Below are positions 12,273 through 29,204 of a DNA stretch of 64,000 nucleotides, piece after piece. Within the stretch, counting starts at the first letter, position 1. Every line of letters begins with the position of its first letter. The notes below the pieces were generated by a model. That model was not told the origin of the DNA, searched no databases, and saw only the letters and a list, made by a program, of their open reading frames with translations. The DNA is taken from assembly GCF_009914755.1 (NCBI RefSeq), contig NC_060925.1, one strand, 5' to 3'. The translations under genes and the position numbers were made by a program. The stretch is from the human T2T-CHM13v2.0 reference genome, Homo sapiens.

Positions 12273-13521
12273 TTTCTTTTTTATTATACTTTAAGCTCTA
12301 GGGTACATGTGCACAAAATGTGTAGGTTTGTTACATATGTATACATGTGCCATGTTGGTGTGCTGCACCCATTAACTCGTCATTTACATTAGGTATTCCC
12401 TTCCCCCTCCCCCCACCCCATGACAGGCCCCGGTGTGTGATGTTCCCCACCCTGTGTCCAAGTGTTCTCATTGTTCAATTCCCACCTATGAGCGAGAACA
12501 TGCAGTGTTTGGTTTTCTGTCCTTGCAATAGTTTGCTCAGAATGATCGTTTACAGCTTCATCCATATCCCTACAAAGGACATGAACTCATCCTTTTTTAT
12601 GGCTGCATAGTATTCCATGGTGTGTATGTCCATGGTGCCACATTTTCTTAATCCAGTCTATCATTGGTGGACATTTGGGTTGGTTCCAAGTCTTCACTAT
12701 TGAGAAAAGTGCCACAGTAAACATACATGTGCATGTGTCTTTATAGCAGCATGATTTATAATCCTTTGGGTATATACCAAGTAACGGGATGGCTGGGTCA
12801 AATGGTATTTCTAGTTCTAGATCCTTGAGGAATCACCACACTGTCTTGCACAATGGTTGAACTAGTTTACAGTCCCATCAACAGTGTAAAAGTGTTCCTA
12901 TTTCTCCACATCCTCTCCAGCACCTGTTGTTTCCTGACTTTTTAATGATCGCCATTCTAACTGGTGTGAGATGGTATCTCATTGTGGTTTTGATGTGCAT
13001 TTCTCTGATGGCCAGTGATGATGAGCATTTTTTCATGTGTCTCTTGGCTGCATAAATGTCTTCTTTTGAGAAGTGTCTGTTCATATCCTTTGTCCACTTT
13101 TTGATGGGGTTGTTTTATTTTTTTCTTGTAAATTTGTTTAAGTTCTTTGTAGATTCTGGATATTAGCCCTTTGTCAGATGGGTAGATTGCAATAATTTTC
13201 TCCCATTCTGTAGGTTGCCTGTTCATTCTGATGGTAGTTTCTTTTGCTGTGCAGAAGCTCTTTAGTTTAGTTAGATCCATTTATCTATTTTGGCTTTTGT
13301 TGCCATTGCTTTTGGTGTTTTAGTCATGAAGTCCTTGCCCATGCCTATGTCCTGAATGGCATTGCCTAGGTTTTCTTCTAGGGTTTTTATGGTTTTAGGT
13401 CTAACATTTAAGTCTTTAATCCATCTTGAATTAATTTTTATGTAAGGTGTAAGGAAGGGATCCATTTTTGGCTTTCTACATATGGCTAGCCAGTTTTCCC
13501 AGCACCATTTATTAAATAGGG
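12273..13521 (-). mobile_element. 5'-truncated L1PA (about PA4-PA6), 1.25 kb
   Basis: Antisense L1 3' UTR and ORF2 C-terminus ([14 protein letters not shown]); TSD AAAATCAGTTTTT at 12260-12272 and 13522-13534. Confidence 0.92.
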
Positions 13522-13678
13522 AAAATCAGTTTTTAACTCATCTCAGTAAATGGCAACTCTGAAGTTCCAGTTGTATAGGTTAAAAACCATAGTATCATCC
13601 CTGACTCCTTTCTTTCTCCTATACTTCACATTGGTAAATCTTACCAGCTCTGCTTTTAAAATATCCAGAATTTCATAA

Positions 13679-14046
<368 letters not shown>

Positions 14047-14959
14047 GGCTTTTCAACCATTTCCTTGCTTTTGTCCCTCTGTTCCTCCACTGTCTGTCCT
14101 CAATAGAGTAGCCAGGGTGACACTTTAGAAACATAAGTCGAAATTACATTACTGCTCTGCTCTACTTGATATGGTTTCTCTTCTTAGAGTAAAACTCTTA
14201 AGTCTTTAAAACCACCTACAAAGCAACTTTTGAACCTGGAATTCTGTTTCTTCTCCAATCTCAATTTCTCCTTATTTTCTCCTAGCTTATTCTTCAGCTA
14301 CATTCTTGCAAATATTTTAAAACAACAAACATAGCCTTGTTTCTGAGTCTTTGCACATGTTTTTTCTTTCCCGTCATATTCTTCTTCCCCCAATGTTTTA
14401 CTTCCTCACTTCCTTCAGATTTCTGCTTAAATGTCACCTCCTCTGTAAAGCCTACTCTGACATTCATATTCAAGCAATCTATCTCCCTTCCTTGCTGATA
14501 TTCCTTTTATGCCTTTTCCCTTTTGCTTATTGTCTACTTCTCTTTACTAGAATGTAATCTACCCAGTGGCCAGGATAACAGTCTGTTTTGCTGATGCATA
14601 TACTCATTGCCTAACACAGTAAATGGCACATATGAGGCACTCAACAAATATTTGTTGAATAAATAAATATATGTCAATACCAGGCATATAGTAGACGCTC
14701 ATGCAAAGAGCCTTCTCTCCTTTGACTGAGAGGTAGGCTTTAATTAGCCAGAAATTTAGCACTTTAAAATTTTTGGTCGAGAATATCAGAGATTTAAAAA
14801 AATAACTAGGAAGCTGATTAGGTTGGTGAGACTTTCATGAGAATTAGAGTATTAGTTCAGCAAACATTATGAGACAGACTCTTTGGCTGAGACATTGGGT
14901 CTCTATTTTCATAGGACTTGTGCTAACTCACAAATTTATGCTAAAATTCCCATTTCTTT

Positions 14960-15545
14960 CTCTTCCTTCTAGTGGACATCTATAGCTTTTCTGCCTGTTT
15001 CTCCATTTCTAGGAATTTTCCCACTGACTGTTCACATGGTTGTAGCAAGAGTTACTATGTTAGAAAAGTGTGAATGTATCTCCTTTAAATTTTATTGAAT
15101 AATGGGTGAGCATTTACACTATAACCAATGAGTTCCTCCCTAAGCAATTTGGACATCAAACTAGAGTTGAGCCAGTACCTTTAAAGATGCATATGGTGGA
15201 TTCGATTGTGTTCCTCAAAAAAATATGTTTTAAGTCCTAACCTCTGGTTCCAGGGAATGTGATATTATTTGGAAATAGGGCCTTTGCAAATATAATCAAG
15301 TTGTGGTGAGGTCCAAGGAAAAGAGGAAACTGCAAGAGAAAAGAATGATACTGGTATGCGAAGAAGAGTGGGGAGCAAACCTTGATGACATTTGAGATTT
15401 GAGTTTTTGTCTAGTTTTCCTTGAGTCACAACTGAGTTCCTTGTCCTAACTTTACATAAAATTCTCAAGTTGTCTTACACTAAATTTCCAAATTAATTTG
15501 AGCTGGTTTCTGCCACTTGCAACCCAAAGAATCCTAATCCGTACA
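14960..15545 (+). mobile_element. ERVL-type LTR remnants containing an MLT1B/C 5' fragment (about 15193-15310)
   Basis: AAGTCCTAACCTCTGG...GAATGTGATATTATTTGGAAATAGGGCCTTTGCA (MLT1); 3' end TTTCTGCCACTTGCAACCCAAAGAATCCTAAT..TACA (LTR16/33-like). Confidence 0.5.
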
Positions 15546-18214
15546 TGTCTCCTTCAGAGGGATTTATTTTGTGTATCTTCTTTTCCTTCAATATTTCCCA
15601 TATTTAAAAACGCAACTAACCCTTCCCTACTGTTTTAATTAACCGCATTTAAACCAAGCATTCCTGTTTATCTCTTAGGACTCAAAGAGACCATTTGCGT
15701 GAAACTTTAATGCCTTTGGATTTGAAAATGACTCCCTCATAAAGACAGTTAGATTCTCTACCATCTGTAAAAATGAAAAAAACTATTATCACTAGAAAAT
15801 CTTTCTAGCTCTATGACTTCTTAAGAGACCATTACACTGGAGTGATTTCTGAACTCTATTTCTGTGAACTTGCTATGTGTAAAGTACTGTTCTCCGCACA
15901 GAAGGAATGCAGAGATAAATGAAACAATGTTGCTTTCCTCAGAGAGTTTAGAGATTAGCGAGAGATGAGACCCAGAAACAATACATTAAAAACTAGGATG
16001 ACATGAACCAAGTGTTGCAATAGAAGTACCATCAGTGGGTTCAAAGGAGAGCACAACTATTTCCAGCTGGGGTTGTTATTGCAGACTTGATGGATGAGTA
16101 GTATTTTGATAGATGGAGCTAGATGGTCTCTCCTCCCCTAAGAAAAGCTACATTAGATGTCCCTGTTAAATACTCTCATATGTTTCCGTATATCCCCCTA
16201 TTCATGGTGTGTTTTAACTACTGTACTGCAAGCTCCCTAAGAACAGTAATCACATTTGTTATGGCCAGCGTTGTAGCTTCAGAGCTTACCATGATGTGTA
16301 GTACATAGCAGTTTTCAATAAATGCTTTTTGCATGAATGCATAAACTTAGCTATAGGTCCATGCCACATAGAGAATGGAGCAGCAGGGTGACTCTCTGTT
16401 TGAGTGATTTTAAGGACGCCAGTAGGAAGAGCTCATATAGTTTTATTCTAGTGCCTTTACATTAATGTGACTAGCTATGCCTCTGATGTTTCCTCCTTTC
16501 TGTTTCAACTAGCAAATTCTCTCTATTGCTCTGTTCAGGTTCCTGAGAGGGGAAAAAGTTCGACTGATTTTTCCATCTTTTCCAGTTAGGCCATACATGT
16601 CATTGGCCAGATAATATAGTGACTACCTTTGGGTCATGTGTCTACCTCTAGACCAATCATCCATAGCTATAAGGCGGTTCTGTAGTTTAAAACTTGAATG
16701 TCTAGACAGTGTGATCTAGTTGTGGAATTGATTTGTTTAGATGGGGATTTGGACTGGGAAGACAATAACTTATCTATGTAGAATATTCTTTTTCATAATA
16801 GCCTAATACATACGTGAGCAATGTATAACAAAAATGTATAATAAAAAGAGGTCTTATCCACATTAATGATAGCTACATTAGAGTTTAGTGGAGAATACAA
16901 GTAAGTCATCAGATGAGCTGGTTAAAATAGAAATACTGGAAACTGAGACAAGGTAGATCTTTTCATAAGTTAAAGTGAAGATGAACGGTGGGGGCGAGAG
17001 CACAACCAAAAGCCACTATTAATAAACAGGAATTCTTTAATGGTATCCAATTTTACTGGGTATGTATACACAACGCTGTTGGAGATACTTCTTGGCAGCT
17101 GAGATGTGATGAAAGAGGGAGGAAGTTGAAATTACTGCCTGGCATGAATGTTTGAGATGTACTTGAGATTCATTTAAGTATATTTTTCTGCCTCCTAGTT
17201 CTTAACCTGAGTAATTTTTATAAATCGCTTTACAGGACCACCGTCAATAAGAAAAGCCCATTTCCTTAACCCTGCTCTGAGGCAGGATACACACATTTGG
17301 TAGAGCTGTATTTGGCTGATTTTTCCTCATTCTGTCTGACTGCACTGGAAGATGGTTCCTTGCTATTTCTTACTGTGTGTGGACTCAGGTTGAGAGACGT
17401 GACCAGCAATCTTCATTGTATCTATTTTCATTGACCAGGAATATAAAGGCAAAACTGACAAATAAGTGAAGCCTGAGTATAGCAGTAGGTAACAGTAGCA
17501 GTAACCATTCAGCAGGCTGAAGTTGAGAATTTCTTCAAGATAATTTGAATTTCTTCAAGATAACTTGTACTCTGTTTGCTGTGGTCTACCACTATAGGCA
17601 GCCCACAAGAACAATATTACTAATAATTTCAGCTATCAAAAGGACTCTATTTGAATCACAGCTCTCCCCCTTGCCCTCAGCATGTATAATCCTGTAGCTG
17701 AGACTATTGGTTTCTACCTCATAATCATATTTCCCCCTACTTCCTTGCTGGAAGAGCCCTTGGACAGCACCATGCCTGGTTCCAGTGTCTGGAACCATGA
17801 CAGCTCTCTTGTAACCATAAGAGGAACTGGCTTGAGGACAAAGTGTACGCATTGAGAGTTGCATACTAAAAAGATATAAAGGACTCTGGTTGGTCCTTAA
17901 AGAAGTCACTAGGCTGCTGAATTAACAGAGGAATATTTGGAGTCTTAGTCTATAATTTATTATTATTTTGAGTTGTTTTCTTCTAGTTGCTGTTGAAAGC
18001 TTCCTGAATGACCCTATGAATACTTTTTCCTCTCTTCTGCCACTCTGTTTCCTTATTTACATCTCCCTCTCTCCTGCACCAGACTTAAGCTGAGCAATAC
18101 TTACTATTGTCAAGAGACAATAATGAATATTCATGGTCCCCAAATTAAAATGATTCAGTTTAGGATTTTTTGACCTTATGATGGTGAAAAAGCCATACAT
18201 ATTTAATAGAAACT

Positions 18215-19700
18215 GTGGAAGTCTTCTCTTGGCTCAGTATTGACTGTGTTGCCCCCATGTATGGCCATGTCTTGAGGAGGAAACAAAAAAAGATTGACAG
18301 TCATGAAAAGACTTCTCACTTCTCCTCTGGCTCATCCACTGGGGAGCTTTTTACAGAACTGTAAGCCCTACCTTCCCCACCTAATGTCATTCACTTGTCT
18401 GTTCTTCACTTGTATATCAGACCACTCAATTTTCCGTCTAATTATAACTGGATAGTCAAATATTAAAAGCCCCAATCTTACTGAGGGGTAGAATCTAAAA
18501 TTAATCATTGTGTTGGTCCACTGGCCATTTGAGAGGGTACAGGGGTTTGAACTCTAGGGCCTCTAACAATTTCAGTTCAGAGTATTAGAAAAGTCTGAAT
18601 ATGGGTATGGTTAATTTAAACTTTTGACAAAGATGGAATCTTATTCAGGGATATCTTCCTAGAATAATTAACTAGGTATACTTTTCTGCCATTTCCTTCT
18701 GAATGGGGGTACAGGCTGGGTTGAATTTTCAAGGAATTTAGTCTTAATCCTTGTGTCCTGTCTGTTTTTAAGTTATATCATTTTTTTTTCCTGGACTGTG
18801 TAGATAAAAGTTTCATTTAATGACTAAAATCAAAGTAACCATCTCAATTCCCTCTAAGAGAAAAAGTTTTCCTTAGGCATGGGCATATCATATGAAAAAA
18901 TCCTTCCTTTTGTGTTCTTCCTCCTCAGGACAATGGCTTCTTCTAGTATAGACTTTCAGTCTTTCTTTGGAAGAGGACTAGGAAAGGATGTATGATGTAG
19001 AGGAATTCTCTGTGACAGGAATGGGAAGAAAACACAGGTCTTTCAGTTCCAGAGGAAGAGAGCAGTAGATGGAATATAATAGGGACAAGGTCATATGTTA
19101 GTGATTTCTCTCCATGTGCCACACCTGCCCCATCAAGGTCATCCTTGAAAAGTGGGAGCAGAGTACATAAACACAACAGATAGAATTTTTACAGAAAGCT
19201 GAAATAAAAAGAGCTTGTGCTCTACTTTTCCATTTGGGTTTCTGGGAGGATACTAGATGAAATCACTCACATTAGCACTGGTGTGTGTATGGGTGCTGAG
19301 AACAGGAATGGTGGTGTAGAGAGCAGGCTGGACACCAGGCATCTCCCTTGGCTTCATATGGTATTAAAAAAGATGCAAAATGTCCTTGAATAATCAGAAG
19401 AGATGACGCAGAGGGAGCTAAGAGTAGAGAGCCAGAAGGCTGCTTTGGACAGTGGCCATATGGAGAATGTAGCTGAGATTTTAGATACTCTGTAATATGA
19501 GTGGGAGCCAGGATGGGCCAAGTCATTAGAGTAGGCATGGAGGTTTTCAAGCATTCTGAGAAAAATAGCCCAAGTTTTACCAGTCATGAATTTTAGCAAC
19601 AGATTCCAAGGGCTTTAAATAATCATAAGGGGCCAGGAACATTTTTATGGATGCTGCCAAGGTTCTAGAAGAAAGAACAAAAGACAATTTTCTAATTTTG
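18215..19700 (-). mobile_element. Possible decayed ERV1 internal fragment with gag matrix-like remnant
   Basis: Minus-strand peptides KFMTGKTWAIFLRMLENL and TWPILAPTHITEYLKSQL loosely resemble class I ERV gag N-termini; boundaries are uncertain. Confidence 0.3.
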
Positions 19701-19852
19701 GGTTTCTTCTTTCCTCTATCATTAGGGCACTGAAGATATTATTTATATTCAGAGGCTATGTTGGTTTGGAGAAGGAAAGGTGAGAGAAACCTTAACCAGT
19801 ACCAGAAGAGATTATGTTAATCTGACCATTTAAAGTAAACATGTCTGAGCTA

Positions 19853-22170
<2,318 letters not shown>

Positions 22171-22172
22171 TA

Positions 22173-22280
22173 TAAAGTTTCAGTTATGCAAGATGACTAA
22201 ATTTTACAAGTCTGTACAACATTGTGTTTATAGTTAATAATACTGTAATGTGTACTTAAAAATGTTTGAGGGTATATCCT
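22173..22280 (+). mobile_element. Old L1M (MA/MB) 3' end fragment
   Basis: AAAGTTTCAGTTATGCAAGATG...CTGTACAACATTGTG..TATAGTTAATAATACTGTA motif. Confidence 0.6.
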
Positions 22281-24495
22281 AAGTGTACTTGCCATAAAAT
22301 TTTGTAGTTAGTTAGCTAATTCAATAACTTCCCTAATTCACTCAGACATATATGTAAGAGGCTGAGCCAGAATTTGAACCCAAGTCTGTCTGACTTTCCT
22401 ATTATAGCAACTTATGTAGTAATTGAATATACCTTGACAAAATAAATGTGTAATTCCTAATAGGGCCAAAGAAGCCAAGAAAAATCTGCCAAAGAAACCA
22501 TAGTGGTGTAAAAAAGATCAGTTAGAATAGGACTTGCATAATTTCCCAAGACCAGATGAGGAGGGGGGTGGGAGCTACATTTTCTATTTATGCAGAAAAG
22601 GACCATTTACTGCAGAGGTGGATTAGCAGCTCAAGGATGTTACCAGTGGCTAAGGTGCATTATTCCTGAGCTCCTCCCCATCCAGAGCATAATAGCTTAT
22701 TTCCCCTTCCTCTTAGATTCTGAGTCCAGTACTGTCTAACCTCCCAACATTAGCCATTTTGAAATACAGTGGCATCTTTGGTTTAGATATAAAATATGAA
22801 TTTATACATAACCAGTAGAAATGTTTATTAAGTATTACATAGTAACTTTTGCTTTGTTTCTTACACCTTTACAGTGTAAAGTAGAATATAGGCATTCTTT
22901 TGATAGTAAATTTGTCCAGTTGTATATCCAGTAGATGTCAGCATTGGGCTGTTTCTGACCATTTAGTGTCTCTCCATATTATTTTGAAAGGACCATAAAT
23001 ATTCAGTATAAAATATACTGAGATGTAAAATAGCAGGTGCAGCAAATCTGTGGTGAGGATACATTTAATGGGTGAAGGATTCAATATTCCATCTATGTAG
23101 CAAACAACTGTATATAAAACCCCATCTGCAGCTTTTTTATCCATGTCCATTTTAAAAAATCAATTTATTTCAAAATATCAGAGTACTATTTTGTAGAAGA
23201 TAGCTTTATACAATTAAGTGACAAAACGGATTAAAGCCATTGAAAGAAATATAAATATTTAAGTAATTTTAGGTTGCATCTGCTTAAATTCAGAAAGGGA
23301 CACTAAAGAATTTTTTACAATCTCATTAAGAGATAATTTCAACAATAAAGATTTGGCAGAATGGTCCTTGAGTTACTCTCTTTTCTCTCTTTCCTCCTCA
23401 ATATTAAGATTTTAGCTCCTTTACAACACATTAAAACCGTTTCTGGTAATGTGCACCTCAGTGAAGCCAAATGGATGATTGATCAACATTAGGTGGAAGA
23501 TAATATGTGTAATTCATGCCTCCAGTAGATTCTAGAGTTGACCCAAATATTTTAGACTCTTGGCACGTAGAACAAAAGTTTCCTATGATATTGCTCAGTT
23601 CTGTGGTTGGACTAAGCAGATCCGGCCTGTGTCAAACAAAAATTGATTAAGAAGAAGTGAAAACATCCTTATTTCCTTAAGAGTAGAATCCAAGCTTAGT
23701 CAATTCATTACAATTCCCACAGCAGCAGAGTGATGGAAGCCAGAAAAAGCTAGAGAAATCATTTAGTACAGCATCTTCATAAGGAAATTGAAGACCAAAG
23801 AGACAAAAAGACCTGCTTGAGGTGTCAGAGCTAGTGTGTAAAAAAGAGTCTTCTCAGCATTCTAGTTCATTTCAGAACAAAAAAGATATGCTGAGAACAT
23901 GCGCATATTCTATAGTAGACTTTAAGAGGAATTAAAAATTGTCCTTTTCTCAAGGTTCTTGGAAGATAGGAGAATTCAGGAAATAGAAGCATTGATAGAA
24001 CATCAAAATATATTTAGCAATTTTAATGACAGATGTATGCTCAGGGTACACATAAGGAACACTTAGCCTAGTCAGGAAGGTTCTTCATAATTTCTAGAAA
24101 AATAGCTATGTGTTGCTTGAAAACTCTTTCAGGAGCTTTGTTACCAAACTAGGAAAAAGAGAGCATCACTCTTTGATGGGGAAGCAAATGAGGGCTGAAG
24201 CTGTCTTGACTGATCCACTACATTTTGTCCTTTTGGGGATTTTCCCCCAGCTTGAAGATCAGTGCAGTCCAATATTTTCCAAGTGCTGGTAATGTCTGTA
24301 TCAGAATCATCTCAGAGATTAGGATTTAGAAGATTGAGTGGCCTAAAGAAAAGAAAAGCAAAAATGGAAATAACAAGAATTTTGAGGCACAGACAAATAA
24401 AGGAACCACGGATCTAGCCTACACTGAGCCACCCACACGAGTTCATCTTGAGATCAATAGCATGAAATTTGTTACTTTAAGAAATGTAGTCTTTG

Positions 24496-24793
24496 GGCCG
24501 GGCGCGGTGGCTCACGCCTGTAATCCCAGCACTTTGGGAGGCTGAAGAGGGCAGATCACCTGAGGTCAGGAGTTCGAGACCAGTCTGGCCAACATGGTGA
24601 AACCCCATCTCTTCTTAAAATACAAAAGATTATCTGGGTGTGGTGGTATGCACTTGTAATCGCAGCTACTCAGGAGGCTGAGGCAAGAGAATCACTTGAA
24701 CCCGGGAGGCGGAGGTTTCAGTGAACTGAGATCACGCCATTGCACTCCAGCCTGGGCAACAAGAGCGAAACTCTATCTCAAAAAAAAAAAAAA
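24496..24793 (+). mobile_element. AluS (Sq-like) with 17-bp TSD
   Basis: GCCATTGCAC and GGGCAACAAGAGCGAAACTC; TSD AAGAAATGTAGTCTTTG at 24479-24495 and 24794-24810. Confidence 0.94.
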
Positions 24794-26574
24794 AAGAAAT
24801 GTAGTCTTTGGTTCTGTAAGAGAACCAAGTTAGATAGTTCAGTTAGATAGTTCATACAGAAATCAATACCATAACTGTGACCTCATTAATACTTTATTCT
24901 CACCCATAAAATTCTTAGGTCACCATGTGTGATGACTACATCCAAAGAGAGTGAGTGGCTTGAGACATTGGTAGTATGTGTATCTGATCATATCAATATG
25001 TTAAAATGACGTTCAAAGTATGATCTACCTCAGAATAATCTAGGTGAGTTTCAATGATCTTGCAATAGACTGCTATCTGGAAATGATGGTTTAGCAAATC
25101 TTTTCCTTGCTTTTTTCTGAATGATGGGAAAGAACACCTCTTTTATGGGCACTATATAGTATTTCCAACCATATTCTTTCATCTTTTTGGGACACTTCAG
25201 GGAAACACATTAGGTCATAACTCAGCACTAGAGGAAAATTCTGATGATGAACCTAGCTTTTTCAAGCCTCTTTGACATTAATCTGCCATATGCAATTACT
25301 GTGTGTAAGATTGAAGATCATATTTCAGTTCTGTATACCAGAACACAAAACCCTATCATATAATTCATCCAAATCATTGGAGAGATATTCCTTTGCAGAT
25401 AACCAGCATAGTACTAGGAATAGGGACAGATTCTAGGGAATATAATTACTCAGTTTCTCGGTTAGTGGTGTCAGGATCAGTGACAAAAATTATTGTGCAT
25501 TTTCTGTGGACTAAAATTATTCACTCAGTGGCAAAAAGAAAATGTACTTTAATACCCAAGCTGCTTTTCATTTGAATTAACTAACAAACATTCTAGATAA
25601 TATTTTGGTGTACTTTCAACACTCTCTGTTTCTCCCCATTTTATTAAAATATAAATGAGTTCACAGTTATGGTTTGATTTGTGTATGAACTATCTAACTT
25701 GGTTGTCTTACAGGTCCAAAGAATACATTTCTTAAAGTGACAAATTTCATTCTATTGATCTCTGTTTCTGTGTGTTTTAGGTGGTTTTATTTGAAATTTA
25801 TTCATCATGCAGATGAGAATTGTGAGAGAAGTAAATGGGGTTGTAAATAGGGATGGGGAGATGGTTGTGGGGATGCCGTTCCTCAGTTTGGACATAGTAG
25901 TTCTTACCCTCCATTTGCATGGCTTTTTAGAAATAAAGTCAAGTTTGCATAGGAATGCTGTACTTGAGTAGAAATTTAATACTTTTCCAGATTAATTCAT
26001 AGGTCTTACTCATATAAAGAATAGGTTTTCTTTATAAAGCCCTTCATTTATCCCTTTCCAAGATGAATTATTTTAGCACGTTCATTAATCTAGTTTCATT
26101 ACTCTGGATATTTTAACCTATTTTATTAATCGGTTACCATTTGCCTATTTTCCTTTTTGCTATGTAGGGAAGGCATTTTCTTTTGGGTTGGAGACCCAAG
26201 AAATAGGCAGGATATCAGAGAGTTTTTGTTTCTTCCCCATAAGTAGCCTACAAATCAAATCTTTTCTTAATTGAGGCCATGTATTTTGGTTTCAGTGGCC
26301 AGACTTCGAACACTGCACCCAATACTATCTCACTGATGGATATTGATTCTGAAGTTGATTAAAATGATCAGCTTTAATGGACACAATCTCATGAGGAGGA
26401 TGCACATTTAGGGTTCAGTTGATTCTTTGTCCCTCAGAGAGACAAATATCTTAGGGTCATACAGCTGCTGTATGATCTCTGGAATCAGTCTGTTTATTTT
26501 TGCCAGTGTACCAAACTAGTCTCAGAGGGGTTTAGCATATTTAGTGTATTTTTGCTGATATTAACTGAGAAATA

Positions 26575-26618
26575 CATGTGTGTATGTGTGGGGTGTGTGT
26601 GTTTGTGTGTGTGTGTGT
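26575..26618. repeat. Imperfect (TG)n microsatellite
   Basis: Read directly from the sequence. Confidence 0.8.
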
Positions 26619-28761
26619 TTTCTAGGTAGCTTTATTTGAAATTTATTCATCATGAAAATGAGGGTTATCTGCATACCTTTTAATTCAGAGTTAGTCTTTT
26701 TACTTGATTTTCCCTAAAGACTGCCTGTCAGTGCTTCAAAAACATCAATGACTGATAGATTTCTATTCTATACAGCTGCCTGGGCAGCTGTGGTAATGAA
26801 ATGTGAATATGCTTTCACAGTATCTGAAGATTTCTGCTTGGGATTATGAGCAGAAAGAACAGATTTTTAAGAGAATGTTAGCATATTCTTCAAATGTTGT
26901 TTTGAAACTGATGAAACAAAATAATCTATCATTCTAGGGCTGCTTTAGCTTTATTGGTTCTAACAAGAAGATATCCTCCCATTAAAATCCTCTGCCTCTG
27001 TCTTTCTCTCTCTCTCTCTTCTCTCTCTTTCTCTTTAGACCTCATTATAATAGAAGTCAGGAGATCTGCTCTCAAAGACAGCACAGTAATAAGCACTAAA
27101 GGGTTGTTTTCAAAGAAATGAGATACAATCCTGCATGGGTGAAATGTTAAAGAAAAGAAAAACGCCTTTTAAATGTCCTTTCTATGCGTATACCCTTATG
27201 ATTTAAAGTGATTTAGAAACTATTTTCTGCCATTTGAATGAAACAGGTCATGTTTCCCCTGAGTATGAATATTTCCGATTATTTTTACATTATTTTTATC
27301 TGAGCATAAAATAATTATTCCTTAAAAAAAGGTGTAGAGTCTACATAAAATCAATGTGGTCAGACTCTGTTTTTATTATTTTCCTGAAACACACAAAGCA
27401 GATTATTTTATTTTATTTTTTAAACTGAAAATTAACAATTACAGGTCATCTAAAGAGAATCAAATGATAAATAATGTTTAGAGGTACAAACTCAACAGAC
27501 TACCTCAAGCCTAAGGCAGCCCTGTGTGTGGATCTATCTCAGACCCCAGCCAGGGAACAAGCTAGAGGCACAAATGTCACTGCGAGATCAATACAATATA
27601 TTCCAGAGCCAGTCATTTCAGGTCTTGAGGGTGCCAAGAACACTGCACATCAGTTGGCACACAGAATGTTTCAGCATGGAGGAGGCATAAACAAAGAGCA
27701 CTCACACTCCTCCAGGAACAAGAGGAGATGGCTTTTAGTAAATACAGTATACAGATTTTCGAGACTGTAACTAGGGTGTCCAGTTAATGAAATATTTTTT
27801 AAGAACTATAATAAGAGGCAATATTACTTAGCCTAAAATCACTACAACCCTTTGAGGTGAAGGTCTACATGCAATCTTAATATCTTAAATTTCCACAGGA
27901 AAATCTTCAATAAAATGCACCCTTAGAGGAAAATGGCCAAAAGCACCACTGAGAAATATACCTCTTAAATCTCTTTTTCCTTTACGATAAAAATCCACAG
28001 TCTCTGAGATGACATTTAATAATATTATAGGACAGTATTATATTTCTGTTTGCCCTAAAAATGCAATGGTTTCTTATGTCTTTCAGCCTCAAGCTTTATT
28101 CTAGGAAGGTAATTCTGAAGATACCTATCTTCTTGAGAGTGAAATTTTATGGAATCCTAGATTTCTCATACCTAGGAATAACAGTAATGACTTTCTTCAT
28201 ATAATATGGGATTTTACTATTTTGTCTATTTTGGTTTGTGTGAATGTACACGTCAAATTTAAAGGTGTCTAACCCCAGGGAAAGTTCTAAGCATATAATT
28301 TAAAATAAATTAGTTCATGCAAGTGAATTCTACCAGCAGTTGTTTGAAAGAAATACCTGTGGACCAACACACTGGAAACACGAATTTTTAAACTTTCAGA
28401 TACAAGGGACAGAATAGTTAGCAGTGTTCCTGTTGAAAGGTCCAAGTATCTCCCTAGGCACAGAAAACACCCAAGTAAGTTCCAGACTTTTCCTATGGGA
28501 AAATGGTATCAGGTATCAAATTAGAATTGATTTTATTTAGTTAGGTTCAAATTTTATACACCTACAGCAGGTTTTTTTTTTCTAGGCATAGGTGTTAGGA
28601 AATGTTATACAGATTATATAAACCAAAGGTTATATAAAACCATAGTCTTATTTGCTCTAGCTATGTGAAGAAAAAGCCATGATGAAGGGACTGAACCCAT
28701 TTCACCCAATTTTGATATTTTTTTTTTGTTTTTAGTCTGATGCTTGGGGCAAGGACTCTGT

Positions 28762-29204
28762 GTGTTGTAGTTTGCATTCCTCCAGAAGTAATCTTCCTCT
28801 TGAGACAAAGATTCAAGGGAAATTTTCTTAGTTGGGATCCCAGAAAATACTAGGAAAGGGAAAGGGGAGGAAAGAAAGCCAATACATGGTTTCATCAAGC
28901 AACTTATCACTCTGGGAAACTCTACCTTCATCCCGATAGGGAACTCTGGGGTACACTGTGAAATATGCACCTGAGAGTTAGCCTGTCATCTGCCGTCTTC
29001 CTGTCAGTCATTGTTATGGGCTGTTTCTAGTATTCACTAATTTCTCAGCATTTCTGGCCTGCCCCACAGATGAGCAAAGCAGACCTTGGTGGCCAGAGGG
29101 GAGCCCTCAGGTAGAGCTGCAGATGCTGGCAGTTTGTGTTAGAAGGTATGTACAGTAGTGGTGAATGCAGAGAGCATATGGGAGGATGCTGACAGCATCT
29201 GTAC
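28762..29204 (-). mobile_element. ERVL LTR (LTR33/LTR16 group)
   Basis: TTCCTCCAGAAG...TGAGACAAAGATTCAAG...GATCCCAGAAAATAC is the antisense 3' end of this LTR group. Confidence 0.55.

Noticed and set aside
17527-17567. 20-bp two-copy tandem GAATTTCTTCAAGATAA(T/C)TT (also the 13-bp AGTTAGATAGTTC x2 at 24828-24853)
   Set aside because: Ordinary slippage duplications with no spacers; not an array.
25940-26400. Possible L3/CR1 fragment
   Set aside because: Only faint similarity from memory; cannot be called without an HMM search.
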